A DNA stretch of 64,000 bases from Eledone cirrhosa. Taxonomy: Eukaryota. Positions 1 to 14,200 of the stretch are shown piece by piece. The position numbers and the translations under genes are program-made. The notes below the pieces were generated by a model that worked only from the letters and a program-made list of their open reading frames with translations, had not been told where the DNA came from and searched no databases. Each line of letters begins with the position of its first letter. Position 1 is the stretch's first letter. The stretch spans positions 71,796,001-71,860,000 of the forward strand of contig OZ024744.1 in the NCBI GenBank assembly GCA_964016885.1. The letters run 5' to 3'.

Positions 1-31
1 GTGGTTTGGTCGGTTGGAAGTGACCACAGCT

Positions 32-1068
32 TCATAAATTACAGCTGGTGTGTTCATTGCTGTTGAAGGGGCAAGCTTCGGGCTTACGGCAAGAGCACCC
101 TGGTGGGGTGTTGCTCCTAGAGCTGCTGGTGATGTGGGCCTTCATGTTCTTAGCGCAGGAGAATCCTAGTTTGACTTTGTGTCGGTTAAAGATGGAGCGG
201 TATTTATGACCTATGGGAGCGCTAGACATTTTTTTCCTACATTGGTTTTAACGTTGAGTGAGAAGGGAGGAGAGAACCAGATAGTTTGTCTATTGTTGCG
301 CTTAATTTTCTTATTGCTGTTGTTGATAGTGGGAGAGTAAGTGATAGGTTGCGAGAAGCCGCTGTTAGCCAACGCCGTGTTATAGTAGGGTGCCGCCCTG
401 TCAAAGAAAGCCTTATTAGAGGAGAGGTTTGAGATTCTAGTACCCATATTATTTACGAAGTTTCTAAAAACAGTGGGAGGGTGGCATGAGTCCTTGTGAA
501 TGTAATTGAGTTTTTCGTTAAGCTTATGGAAGTGTCTGTAGGTGTGTGTGAGAAAGTATAAATTCATGTCTAAGAAATCTACGCTAGAGAGGTTGGTAGC
601 TACTGTTATCCTAAGTCCTAACTCATTGAAGGTAGAAGCTAAGTCTTTTTTAAACCGGTCGAGGTCGTGACCACTTTTATGGCTCGATAAAGTCAGTCCA
701 TCGTCGCGGTATATTCCCGTGTGGAAGTCCGGGAATCTTACACGTAATATGTCTAAGATAAATAGGTCAACCAAGTCACATACGTCAGCACTGTCAAACG
801 ATCCCATGGAGACATCAAATAGGTCTGAAGTTGTAGACTTCTTTGCCCAAGCTACTCCGTCGTTGAAGAGGAGGGTTTTCCGGCAGTGAGCGATGATTTC
901 CCTGTCTAAACCATCGACGGTGATGTAAGTGGTAGCAAAGTCCAACACTTTGTTTAACAGAGTCTCTGATATCGACGGGTAAAAACCAACAATGTCAAAC
1001 TGTGTGAACTTCGCTTTTATGCATTTTCGGACTTTCGCAGTTATCTCCCTTACACCTCTCGCACGCAT
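32..1068 (-). mobile_element. Penelope-like element fragment (RT core to linker), frameshifted and 5'-truncated
   Basis: ORF 211-1068 has PLE RT motifs FDIVGFYPSI, FDVSMGSFD, IYRDDGL, VDFLD, YIHKDSCHP and IWFSPPFS. It continues in another frame (32-229) into a CSC...CP linker of the kind preceding a C-terminal GIY-YIG. Confidence 0.88.
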
Positions 1069-1154
1069 TCTAGTATTGCCTGTGTGAAGTGATCGGATTT
1101 CTGCACATGCGCGTTCGTACGGTTGACCTTCTTGTTCCTATGACCATGCCCATT

Positions 1155-1194
1155 ACGAGCAGAAGATCCGCTAAGGTGAAACAATTGTTCTCGG
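1155..1194 (+). ncRNA. Minimal type I HHR-like motif with variant core (CAGAAGA) in the inverted pseudo-LTR of the PLE
   Basis: cgag-CAGAAGA-tccgctaaggt-GAAA-caattg-TT-ctcg. Stem III is palindromic. A second copy on the minus strand at about 1903-1952 has the same variant core. Confidence 0.55.
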
Positions 1195-1288
1195 TATGGT
1201 GAACTAACTGTTGTGTAACCACTTCTATCTAACTCGTCCCATGGACTGAGTACTCTACCACTACGGATATTACCTTCCAGTGTTCCAC

Positions 1289-1344
<56 letters not shown>

Positions 1345-1509
1345 GTGGCACACTGGAAGGTAATATCCGTAGTGGTAGAGTACTCAGTCCATGGGACGAT
1401 TTAGGTATTTATATATATATATATATATATATAAATATAAGCATGTATATCAGCCGTACTAAGAGTGAGAAATAAAATTTCATTTCATTCTTTTCCATAT
1501 ATATATATA

Positions 1510-1619
1510 TCGACAGTGGATCGACTTTCGTCAAATCAAACCGAGGAAACAATGTTTCCGTTGGTCTTTCCAATTGCTAATACTATCTATCGGTCGCAAC
1601 TCCAGGTAGAAGGAGCAGC

Positions 1620-1621
<2 letters not shown>
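1510..1621 (-). mobile_element. 3' fragment of the tRNA-SINE seen at 49565-49780
   Basis: Approximate reverse complement of 49672-49778 (gctccttctacctggagttgcgaccgatagatagtattagcaattgga). Confidence 0.7.
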
Positions 1622-1701
<80 letters not shown>

Positions 1702-1747
1702 GAGAGAGAGAGAGAGGGAGAGAGAGAGGAAGAGAGAGAGAGAGGGA

Positions 1748-1821
<74 letters not shown>
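1622..1821. repeat. (GA)n microsatellite
   Basis: Direct inspection. Confidence 0.97.
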
Positions 1822-1823
<2 letters not shown>

Positions 1824-2018
1824 ACACTGGAAGGTAATATCCGTAATGGTAGAGCACTCAGTCCATGGGACGAGTTAGGTAGAAGTGGTAACACAACAGT
1901 TAGTTCACCATACCGAGAACAGTTGTTTCACCTTAGCGGATCTTCTGCTCGTACTGGTCATGGTTATACGGAACAGCATATATATATATGGTGATGTCCA
2001 GCAGAAGCAAGGGGGACA

Positions 2019-2062
2019 ACCGTCTATGCATTTCAGGCTTAACTGGCCATCGTCATGACGGT
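2019..2062 (-). ncRNA. Degenerate type I HHR (C3 variant)
   Basis: accgtc-ATGACGA-tggc cagttaa gcct-GAAA-tgca-TA-gacggt. The homolog at 43098-43141 has stem II gaac/gttc (covariation). Confidence 0.6.
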
Positions 2063-2590
2063 CCCTCCCACCGCTTGCGACTGTTGGACTAGAAGACAGG
2101 CGAGAATATATAGTTTTCTCGTCTGTGTAAATGAGGTGATTAATCTCATTTGCATATGAAGCTGCATAAATTGGCTCAACTTATAATAAAAAAATAGACT
2201 GTTGTCCCCCTTGCTTCTGCTGGACATCACCAGAGGGCGTTAGCCCCCACCCGCGGTGTTTGCATAGCTACGGCTTCCTAAAACCGTATTTCTTTGGAGA
2301 TACGAAATATTTATACATATTGTATAAAGCTATGCTTGAAGCGAAATCCTATTTCTTTTATATATATATATATTTAAACGATATCCGAGGATATATCAAT
2401 TGACAAACCATTAGCATTTAATAAATATATACATATACAACAAATGATATGTAGATTTAAATTTAAATTGCATTCTTAATTGATATATCCTCGTATATTG
2501 TTTTAAAATATATTATTGATACTCTGAACAGATGTTGATTGAGCTTTTTACTGAGAAATATTATCGATATATATTTTATATGTATTGATT

Positions 2591-2649
<59 letters not shown>

Positions 2650-2766
2650 GACTCTGTTTTCCTGTGATTTTCATCGAACATTTTTGAATGCATCTTCTCT
2701 TTTCATGGATTACATTGAGTTCTTCATACGGATTGGACACTACCGTACATTTTGGTAGATTTATCT

Positions 2767-2810
<44 letters not shown>

Positions 2811-3342
2811 TATATTATATTTAGAGATTAAACTCTAAGTCGTTTACAATTAATCAGCTCAAAGAAAGAGGCATTTCTGAGCAGTGAAATACAAGTTATA
2901 TATTAATATATATGATAAACACAAAACGTGTTTGTATTGTAACAGACAAAGTTAGCTAGCAATGAAATAATCAGACCTGCAAAATATTTGAAGGTGGAAT
3001 GTACTAATTTTACTGGATTCCTGTTGATAAGCACAGAATATTTGGATATTTCACTTTTTATTTCAGTTCCATTTCGATTCTCTTTAATTTTCAATTCATG
3101 TACCATCGTTGCGAAACATGTTTGGGTTTCGAAGTTCAAATTCGTCTACGGAGCGGGTTTGGATTTTGAAATTTAAATTTGTCCAGGAATCACGGCTTTT
3201 GCCAATATAGGCTTGTCTTTATTGACTTATATCGAGACAGACAAATTGTATTCACTTTAATTAGTTTATTTCATTGCTAGCTAACTTTGTCTGTTACAAT
3301 ATAAACACGTTTTGTGTTTATCATATATATTAATATATAACT

Positions 3343-3436
<94 letters not shown>

Positions 3437-3476
3437 TGTATGTATGTATGTATGTATGTATGTATGTATGTATAAT

Positions 3477-3508
<32 letters not shown>

Positions 3509-4665
3509 GGGAGTACAATTTATGTCTCGACATCCCTTGCAGTCTTCTAGCTTCACTGGATTCAACTATTGTCTGTCAGTGGGAGAAGTAGTATTTCAGC
3601 ATAATGTACTCGTAAACTAATATTACAAATGTAGATTTAAAATTGGATAGAACATAAAGGAATCATTGCATTCATAAGCATTTTCAACTTCTCATTCTTC
3701 TCATTTTAACAGCTACAGATGTGTAAGCTGGGAAAATCTACCAGAATTTTAAGCCACAATAAAAATCCAATTAAACCACCCTTACAAAATCCTCATTCTC
3801 TTCAATGCACTCCTTTACATAAAAATATATCATAGCTTCAACAAAAAATAATGCAAATACCATCCAAACTATTATTGAGACAGCAAAGATTCTGGCTACA
3901 TTTCTCACTTATACACGATATATTAAACATATTATGAAACATCACAATGCACTGTATAACAAACTACATACTATGTTAACATGTCTATAAAGAAATGGCG
4001 TATTTACACTCTGTAATTTCTCAATGTTCCGTAAGTATCCTTCCTCTCACCCACACTTTTAAAGTAAAATGTACATGAGCTAACTCTAAAAACTAGGCTT
4101 TAAAGTAACACGTACCAAATAAACTCTCGTTGTCTCCTACCAATATCTACAGGGAACATTAAATAAAACTTACAACGTAAACATATCACACGCAAAAAAG
4201 TTAAAAGTATTGGGAGTTAGTTAAAAACAGCCCCCTCAACAAGATTTACGGCAGACATAGATGTTTTAAAAAAAAACCCAAAAAGAAAAAAAAGAAAAAA
4301 AAAAGAAACGAAACGACGTACAAACATATCTAGAGCAGTCACTATTGCAATGTTTGACCACAGAAACAACAACACTGGTATACAAGCAATACATTAGACT
4401 ATCAGAAATTACGCCATTGCGTCATGTCAGATTGTATATATATTTCACCCATAAACCACCCACGCAAAGAAAGACTGCAGGAATATACCAAGATAGACAG
4501 TTCTTTTATTCTACAGAATGCCAACATCACTTTCACTACCTTCAAAATCACCCAGCCTATTATTATTACAATACTGTAAAATACCGCATGTCAGTTTTGC
4601 GAACACATAAAAATAGCTGCAGCCTCATAGAGCACATAAGCAACCAGCATCAAAATCTCCAGGCC

Positions 4666-4721
<56 letters not shown>

Positions 4722-4763
4722 TTTTAAAATATTAACAAAAATAGACATTCGTGTGATCAAGTA

Positions 4764-4830
4764 TATTTTATTATACATATTTCAGAGGTACTGAGCTATC
4801 TTCGACAGTACGTCCTCATCACATAAAATA
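4764..4830 (-). ncRNA. Type I HHR, C3 mutated (same family as 59012)
   Basis: tattttat-GTGATGA-ggacgtactg...cagtacctct-GAAA-tatgta-TA-ataaaata. Confidence 0.7.
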
Positions 4831-5244
4831 AGATGATGCATGACATACCCTGACTTAGTAGATGGTTAAGAGTCAGTCATGGTAGTGAATAAGATATGAC
4901 AAAACTCAATATTTATATACCTTAAGATTGAGACATGAAAACATTTACATATAATACAGAGTGAGAAAGCTTAAAAATAAATAATAGCAATTTACATAAC
5001 TGTTAGAGGTTCAAATAATTTAAATTATTGAAGAAAGAAGAAAGAAAGAAAGAAAGAAGAAAGACGAAGGAACAGATGAGGAAAAAATATAGTTACTAGA
5101 AGTATAGAAAGCAAAAGAGAATTGATCAAGGATAGAGAGACAATGAGGAATAATTTTTATAGTATAAAGCATAGGGAGGGAGATTATTGTCGTGGATGAA
5201 TAGGGTGTGATTAGATGATGCAAAATTGAACCTTGTTTAACCTT

Positions 5245-5313
<69 letters not shown>

Positions 5314-5343
5314 AGATCAAAAGATGGTTAAAGGAGTTCCATG

Positions 5344-5413
5344 TATTTTATTATGCGCATTTCAAAAACAAACATCATCATGCAATAATATTTGTGTTTT
5401 CATCAGATAAAAC
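5344..5413 (-). ncRNA. Type I HHR
   Basis: gttttat-CTGATGA-aaacacaaa...tttgttttt-GAAA-tgcgca-TA-ataaaat, with palindromic stem III. Confidence 0.75.
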
Positions 5414-5440
5414 AGGAGAACATGATAAAACTCACCTCCT

Positions 5441-5504
<64 letters not shown>

Positions 5505-5668
5505 CAATGTGTGTGTGTACTTAAAGCGTGTAGGAGATGTATTTTAAGTCTTTAACTATGAAAACGACGGTTGTCTTTATGGTCTCTCTATATTGCGGGT
5601 TTTCATTTATCGCGATTGGTTCTGGAACGAATCCCCCGTCTATCGTGGGGGATTCGATCCAGAACCAA

Positions 5669-5746
<78 letters not shown>

Positions 5747-5756
5747 ATGTATATGT

Positions 5757-5807
<51 letters not shown>

Positions 5808-5811
<4 letters not shown>

Positions 5812-5921
5812 AAAATGTTTAACCCCGACGGCAGAGCTCAAGCCGTTTCGACGGCTATTTCTGGACTCAAATAGCCGTCGAAACGGCTTGAGTTCTACCG
5901 TCGGGGTTAAACATTTTCCTA
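5808..5921. repeat. Near-perfect fold-back palindrome made of the 3' half of the 6474 HHR family
   Basis: aggaaaatgtttaaccccgacgg...ccgtcggggttaaacattttcct. An equivalent structure lies at 57061-57187. Confidence 0.9.
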
Positions 5922-6473
5922 TTAACCACTCTACTACCCTAAGTATTGAGTACTCGGGTGCGTTATAGTCCATCTGGTTCCTTACCACACTTCCTTCGTT
6001 ATATATATATATATGTATATATATCTATCTCTCTCTCTATATATATATGAGAAAAACCACAAACCCTCCATCTCAATTCTACTTCTGAAAAGCAGAAGAA
6101 CTGCGAAAGAAGAACTAAGAAAATGAGAGGTTTTTAAATGAAAAAAAAACCCAGATGTCCTACACTAGTGAAAGTATCATATAAGGAAAAGAAATCGCAA
6201 ATGCAACTGGAGTCTTTTTAAGAATATTTATTTGTTTCCTTTACTGGTTTCACAGTTCTTATGCTTTTCAAAAGTAGAATTTAGATGGAGGGTTTGTGGT
6301 TTTTCTCACCTGATGCGAGAAAAACCAGTTGCATTCTCGATTTCTTTTCCTTTTATATATATATACCGGCAGGTTTAGCTACCCCTTCCCCCACCAATTT
6401 GCCATCACAGATTTACTACTAACTTGTGATGTGACCAATCCTGGTGATTATCTCTTTGACCATATATGGAATT

Positions 6474-6567
6474 ACCCCTTGATAAGCTCGACTATTTAAA
6501 TACCAGAATAAATTTTCATTCAGTCCAGAATTAGCCGACGAAACGGCTTGAGCTCAGCCGTCGAGGT
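6474..6567 (+). ncRNA. Type I HHR with U3-A8 core, long stem II and 17-nt self-complementary stem III
   Basis: acccc-TTGATAA-gctcgacta...tagccgac-GAAA-cggcttgagctcagccg-TC-gaggt. Sister copies have ggggt, which pairs fully with acccc. Confidence 0.65.
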
Positions 6568-6681
6568 CTTACTTGTTCCTATTACCCACTTACTACCCTA
6601 AGTATTGAGTACTTTGGTGCGTTATGGTCCACCTGGTTCCTTACCACATTTCCTTCGTTATATATATATATATATATATAA

Positions 6682-6771
<90 letters not shown>

Positions 6772-6828
6772 CTGTTTCATCCGTTGATTTCTCCCGAATG
6801 AAACAGTTCTAGTCCTGTAGAAACCTTT

Positions 6829-6870
<42 letters not shown>

Positions 6871-6873
6871 ATG

Positions 6874-6935
<62 letters not shown>

Positions 6936-7365
6936 GAATATATATATATGAAGTATTTCCGATTTCCGTAGGAAAGGTAAAGGAAAAGAGAGTGCTCTAT
7001 GTCGGGTACAGACCTTTTTAGTTATGTAATAAACAAAACAATGTTTCTACAAGAAACCACTGGTAAATGAAATAATTGTTTCTACTTTTTTAGCACAAGG
7101 CCAGCAATTACCCAGTGTATTACTGGTAAATGAAATATTCATCTTATGTTGTTTATTACATAACTAATATATATATATATATTTCGTTTTTGAATTTGTT
7201 TTGCAAGATTTCTTATCTGAAAACGTGTGTTGAAGCAGATATTATTATACTTTGGGAGGGTCGTGCTTCCAATAAAAACACACGCACCTGTTGGCTTTAA
7301 CTCCAATTTATTACAAATTTCCGGTTGGCTGGTTGATTCGATAACTAGATGGTTGTTTATATATT

Positions 7366-7408
7366 GTCAAAGCTCTTTCGTTACACATTCTGTGACCTCC
7401 TCAGTGAC
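7366..7408 (-). ncRNA. Type I HHR in a PLE pseudo-LTR
   Basis: gtca-CTGAGGA-ggtcacagaatgtgtaac-GAAA-gagc-TT-tgac. Same family as 52145, 57501 and 58284. Confidence 0.75.
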
Positions 7409-7785
7409 TGGTTTTTATTTTGTGTCTCTCATTTCTTCTGTCCTACACCATCTTGTTTACACACACACACTCACGTACGTCAATCCTCATCTTTTTCCAT
7501 TTATCTGGCTAAAATTCCTTTAGTCAAAAATACGGCGAAAGCTATTCTGTATATATATATATATTGGCTAACAGTGGTTCTGAATAAAATTAACCGTTGT
7601 ATGCTCCTCAATAGGTGGAAGTATGGCTTAACTGGAACAATTGATCCGAGGGTCGTTTTCAGGCATTCAGCCGACAACAAGGAGACTATAATTTTGCAAG
7701 CTCAGAGCTGATAAGTGGTTGCACAAAGGCATATTTATCATCAAGATCTCTGACTCACGTATTCTAGTAATTATTTCTTTTCCTA

Positions 7786-7975
7786 AATTATTGTTTCTAC
7801 TTGTGGCACAAGGCCAGGAATTATCCTAGTGCATTACTAGTACTTTATTTTATCGACCCCGTAAGGATGAAAGGCAAAGTTAACCTCGGTGGGATTTGAA
7901 CTCAGACCTTAAAGGGCCGTAACTCTATGCTGCAAAGCATAGCGTCCGACCCTCTAACGATACTGCCAATCCATC
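7786..7975 (-). mobile_element. tRNA-derived SINE with MetaSINE-like central domain
   Basis: On the minus strand: A box tggcagtatcg, B box gagttcaaatcc, core gcctttcatccttacggggtcgataaaataaagtac and an AT-rich tail. Confidence 0.88.
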
Positions 7976-9430
7976 AATATAGCAAACACGGCAAGATGTG
8001 CTTCAAGAGGAAAATCCCTACTTTATCGACTTCATACCACATCAAAATTGGTATAAGGAGGATTTCGAAATTTAACACGATGCCACAAATTTATAGTTAC
8101 GAAATATATTAAATTGAATCCAATACGATGTAAAGTGACCGAGCAAGGCTTTTAGTGTTTCACTTTACGTGCTTTTTAATCCCCTCCCCCTCCCCAACAA
8201 CCCAGAAAAACTAAAAAAGACCACATGACTGTGCGTTATGTAAACGTTCAACCACACACTGAAAATTATATTTAACAGAAAAAATCCTTCTTAACTCTGA
8301 TTTTCCACCTCTATTTTAGTGGCATGTTCTCCTTCAAATTCGCTGTTCTCGTGCGAAGCCTACCACAGAAAGATAGCGAAGGAGGCCACAGACTACCTAT
8401 CTCTGACGTCAACTAGTGAATAGCTGCAAGAGCTATAGCAATATCAGTAAATATAACCACAGTGGAAAAGAGAAAGAGAACCCAAAAGAACGAACGAATA
8501 AGAATTTCAGGAAAAGGATCTGAAAAACAAACAAAAAGAGGAACACTGAGTATGTGGTAACCTGTCATAATATGGAAAAATTGAAAACCCGATAATAAAC
8601 TACTTAAAGGTAACCCATTTACAGATTATCTGCCACACCCAAGAAACATGCTAATTCAGACATTCTCCAATCAGAAATCAGAATATTTTTCCAAACAGCG
8701 TCTGCTCCATATGATTCAAAATCAACATGTTTTATAAGATAATTGCACATATGGAAAAGATAATATAGCATCTTCAAAACGCCAATTACATTACAAAATG
8801 TCCGAACATATTTTATAATGCACCATTACTATATGCAGTGTTCCAACATAAAGAATTATGTGGATGAAGCCTATTAATTCAGTTGTTAGCAGAAAATAAA
8901 TAAGGAAAACCTCCATATTGGCAGTCTGCACATCAATAAAAATATAAAACACAAGCAAAAGTACAGAAAGGAGCTGGGCACTTGGAGTCTTTGCCTGATC
9001 TAATGATTGCCCGAATTTCCAAAATAACACAAAACAACAAGTCTGTTGAGGGATTTAATATGCGAAAGTGCTTAAAAATAAACGATAACAACTTACTCAA
9101 AAACAAACCTCAACATCTACAGTTATTTCGTAGTTGATTACATTTAATTTAACTAAATGTCATCTATTCAGAATTAAATCAATTCGATATTGTATTTGGC
9201 ATCTATCTATCTATCTATCTATCTATCTTGATAGAGTAAGACACGCTTCACATCGGCTCCGCTATTCCATCGGGATTTACCCTTACTATTGTAAGTACCG
9301 GATAAATTTTTCAGTGCAACACATTTGGAACACTAACCCCTGTTATTTAGGGAAACATTTTTGCACTTACCCCCTTTTTAGGGGGTAAAATAAATATCTA
9401 ATTTTGCCGAAAAATTTCGTTCTTGGCAGC

Positions 9431-11254
9431 ATGGCGGAAAAGATGGCAGACATGTCTGCCATTAGCTCTGCCACGCCCCCAAGTCTGAAGAACAAAAAAT
9501 AATTACAACAAAATTAGACAACGAAACAAACAAAGAAAATGAAAAAACAAATGTTAAGGAAAAAGAGCAAACGGAAAACAAACAAACAGAAAATAATACA
9601 AATAACAACAGGGCAACTTTCGCCCAGAAAACAAAACAATCCATTACATACACACCAATTGACCTAACGGCCGCCAGAGAAAAACTGGCCGAAGCAAAGA
9701 AACACATTGTTTTGGGGGAAAACGGAATGTTTTCCATTAACTCCCCCCCAGAATTCAAGAAAGCGAGAACAGAGAACACAGTTCTCTTCAGAACAATCCT
9801 AAACCAAACAAGAAAGCCAGCACAGCCCAGCCAAATGGAGATAGAGTTGGTCCTAAAAGACTATATGAAGAATATTCTCTTCATACGAAAGGACCGACTC
9901 TATGGCAGCATTTCGGTCCTAACAAAAGACAAGGAAACGGCGGAGAAGCTTTCCATAAGCCCACTCTCATCGACAACATACAGCTTCTATCCCTCCTACA
10001 TGGGTAGAAGAACACAGAGAGTAAAAATACAAACAATGCTGCCCACAATGGACTTCTGGTGGGCTATTGCTGGCTTCATAGACATGGGCGAGGACACAGT
10101 GCTGTCAATGGGGAAGGCATCCGGAGATGCGTTCCTGGGAATGGGCCTCGACCTACTAGTCCAAATGAGGCCCGAAAGAATAGCACAAATCCCGGATCGC
10201 ATCTGGCTGGATGAGCTCACCCCAATAGATATAATTGTAGAGGGGAGAAGACCAGCATGCTATTTATGCATGGAAAGGGGGCACATTAAGGCTAACTGCC
10301 CGAAACGTATCCCCCAAAAAGGACTATTGCCCACACCCACCACAAACAGTACACCAACACCACCCACCTCCAAAAATACACTAATACCACACACAGCAAA
10401 CAAAATACAAACACCACCAAGCACAACACAAACATCACCACCACCAGCACCAAACACAAGCTCGACACAAAAATCACCACCACCATCACCAACACAAACA
10501 CCATCACCACCATTACCAACCACAAGCACGACACAAACAGCACCACCACCACCACAAAACGCATTCCAAACAAATAATAAAAAAAACAGCAACAAATCTA
10601 CCCCTCCCGCAAAAAAAAACAACCAGACACGACGTCCCCCCCATCTAGCGCTGAAGAGTTTCCCCCAACTTCTGAAGAAGAAGGAGGAGAAGCCTTCAGA
10701 CAAGTTAAAAGAAAAAAAAGAAAGCACACACCCAGCACACCACAAATAACCCACACACAAACACCAACTCCAATCAAAAACACCCCACCCTCAACAAACA
10801 AAAATAAATCTGCGCCTCCCCTCTCCGAAACATTGACAGCATCACAAAAAAAGACATTGCAATACACATATATAAATAAAGAAAACAAAAAACTGTTTAA
10901 ATTAATAAACAATAGCCCTTTGGTGCAGACCGAAGGGCCAAACTTTATCTCAACAGAGAACTTCACCCATTTAAAAATGATAAAGGTCCCTCTGGACCTT
11001 TATCGTTCCTTAAAAGAACAATTTAGACAGGACGTGAGCCCCCCCTGTTTAAAACCGTTAAATCGCGTCCTCTTGAAAGATTTCCCCATAACCTCCCCTC
11101 TCCCTGACACAACTCCAAACACCCCAACCCACCACACTCGGGCACCCCCACACCACCACAAAACATCCCTCCACCCAACACACCTGACGCCATGGAAATT
11201 ACACAGCCCGGAGAGGTAGGTGCTTTTCTTTCTTCACTTTCAACACTAAAATAG
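9431..11254 (+). pseudogene. Tx1-type ORF1 (zinc knuckle), frameshifted
   Basis: ATG at 9431, apparent frameshifts near the C-run at about 9478 and the A-run at about 10615. Contains CYLCMERGHIKANC (CX2CX4HX4C), a P/T-rich linker and a conserved C-terminal block. Confidence 0.8.
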
Positions 11255-14200
11255 ATCAATTGAGAGTTGGCTGTTTGAACGCGCGTGGCCTGGGCTCAGC
11301 TTGGAAGCAAGCAAAGCTACTAAGTGACCTCAGGTCACGAAGTATAGATGTGATGGTTGTTTGCGAGAGTCGGATCAGCAGCGTGCGACAGCTGGCTCCC
11401 GCCTTCGATGACTTTGAGATGCACGCATCTCTCTGTCAACCCGGAGGCGGGGGGGGGGGAGTTGCCGTACTGCTGGATAAACGTCTGGCTCTCGACGTAC
11501 AGCTTGTTCACTCGGACCCGGGGGGTCGATTACTGGTGCTGGACGTCGGAGGCGGTGAAGGCGGGGCTTTCAGACTGGTCGGTCTTTATGCCCCCTTCGG
11601 GGCTGAAAGAGCCGACTTCTTCCAGCGACTAGAGACTTTTCTAGGAACGTCGCGTTCCCTGCTTTTAGTGGGAGACTGGAATGGAATCCTAGATGCGCGT
11701 TGGGACTATGCAGGGGCATGTCCCGATAGAGGGGGATGTAGCAGCCTCCAGGGCTTACTCGATCGATTCGACCTGGTCGATAGATTTCGACTAGATTGTC
11801 CAACTGCGCCAACCTGGACCTGGGCAAACCGCAGTGGACAATCTAGATCGTACCTAGATAGGTTTTTGGTTAGGAGTAAGGATAGGGACGTATTTAGTTG
11901 TCCAGAATTGATCATGGTTGGCTATTCAGATCACAAATTAGTTACCTGCGTGGTCAACCTTGATAGAACGCATAGACAGGGTCCCGGTTACTGGAAGATG
12001 AACTTGTCCTTGCCGGCAAAGAAAGATTACAGGAACCGGATTAGTAGCTTAGTTAAGATGCGGTTGACGGGAGCGATCGTCAACAGTAGGTGGTGGGTAT
12101 CTCTAAAGAGAGAGATTAGAGTAAGTTCGATAGGTTACAGTAAGGAACTAGCGGCGAATAGAAATAGGAAGGAAAGGGAGTTAACAGATAAACTAGAAGA
12201 GGCGATTAGGAGCGGAGACGTAGCCAGAGTGTTAGCGGCGAGAACGGCGTTGAGCCAGTTCTTTGACGCGAAGCACGAAGGCTGCGTTGTCCGAAGTAAA
12301 ATACGTGCTTTAGGAAACGAGGGGACCAAAGCTGTTAGCTGGGCCCGCGTGACAGAAGCCAAGAGTGGGATTAAATCCACCATTCGGTCTTTGCGAGACC
12401 AGGATGGACGGGTGATCCTTGAACCTGAGCGGATGTGCGAGGCCTTTCAAAGGCACTTTGCTCGACTGTTCGGAGGGGGCGGGGGGCCGGACGGGGATGT
12501 GGACTTCGGTCCATACCTCGACGGTCTACCGCGTCTTTCGAGCGGCGAAGCGGAGTGCTGCGAAAGGCCAATCACAGCCACTGAAATCGGGGAAGCGCTC
12601 AGCCAATGCAGCAGACGCAAATCTCCGGGTCTCGATGGTCTACCATACGAACTTTATTTAGCTATGCCGGTCTTGTTCTCCGAACTCCTCGAGGCTGTCT
12701 ATTGCAACTGGCAACAGAACGGGAGAATTCCCTGTTCTGTGACCAAGGGCGTGGTCACGCTAGTGAAGAAGGACGAGAGCAAGGGGGACGACTTAAGTAA
12801 CTTTAGGCCCATAACTCTGCTGAATGCAGAGTTACAGATTTTGGCCAAGGTGTTGGCGAAGAGGTTGGCGCTTGTGGTGGGTGGTTTGGTGGGAGACGCG
12901 CAGACATGCGCTATCCCGTCCAGGTCCATTCACGACAACCTCCACCTCATGCGATACATCATAGAGAGGGTTGGCAACGAACCCGGCTTTGGTGGGGCCC
13001 TGATCAACTTGGATCAATCTAAGGCGCTCGATAGAGTCGACCATGGTTACCTGGATGCGGTGCTAGCGGCGGCGGGCTTCGGACCCGTTTTCAGGGACTG
13101 GATTTCTGCCATGCACAGTGGCAACATCTACTCTAGGATTAAAGTAAACGGCTACCTCTCGGAGCCGTTTCAAATCACCCGGTCCATCAGACAGGGGTGC
13201 CCCTCTCCTCCCTTCTGTACGTATTGACTCTCGAGCCACTGCTGCGGAAGTTGGAGTTGCTGCGGGGCATACCCCTGGAACCGGGATTGCACAAAGCGGT
13301 CTCGGCCTATGCCGACGACGTAACAGTAATGGTGGCGGACGCCTCGGAAATCGGGGCGATCGCCACCCTACTGGAGGAATACGAAAGGATGACGGGGGCT
13401 AGGCTGAACCGGGACACGTCAGTCGGTTTGCAACTCGGAACGTGGAGGGGCAAACCGATGCCGTTAGACGGTGTCGTAGGGCGGTGGACGGAGGGCCCGG
13501 TGAAGCTGCTCGGGGTCTGGTTCGGACCGGACCTCCAGGTGGAGAAGAATTGGGGCGAGGTGACGAGCAGGGTGTTTGCGCTGACCCAGAAGTGGGCCAA
13601 GTGCAAACTATCACTGAAAGGTCGGGCGGAGGTGACGAACGCTTACATAGCGTCCGTCATCTGCTACCGCCTGACCGTCGTGCCTTGCCCCAAGGAAAAG
13701 ATCACCATCATGGAACGCATGCTCTTCCAGTTCCTCTGGAAGAAGCGGCCTCCCATGGTGAGGAGATCCATCTGCTGCCAGCACCCTTCGAAAGGAGGGC
13801 TGGGTATGCCGTGGCTGTTGATGCGTAGGCACGCATTGAGGCTACGGCATCTACAGGTATTCCTCACCGGTCAGCCGGTGTGGGCCCCGTTTGTGAGGCG
13901 AGCCTTCCCACAGCTCGTCTCGCTCACCGAGCTGCAATTCTGGGTGAAGCAAAGACCGAGAAAACTGGGCAACTGGCACACCGAGTGTGCCCAGGCGCTC
14001 ACGGCTATCTGGCAAGCGGACCCGACTGTCAGTGGAGAATCCACCTCGACATTCTATAGAGGGCTGGTGGCTAGCAGGGGCGACGACACCCTTGGAGAGT
14101 CGCTAGGCATGGAGGAGGACGAACTGGCCAGCCTGTTCAGTAGAACTTTCGGCCCGGGACCCATGGACAACTTCCAGAGGTCCCTAGCCTGGCAGTGTTA

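Noticed and set aside
2125-2158. Octamer ATTTGCAT in a palindrome (also about 43225) as an snRNA promoter
   Set aside because: It lies within a dispersed HHR-bearing repeat and no snRNA gene was recognised nearby.
2970-3265. Possible GIY-YIG remnant (QAYIGK) on the minus strand between inverted repeats
   Set aside because: Too degenerate to call, although the architecture resembles a truncated PLE.
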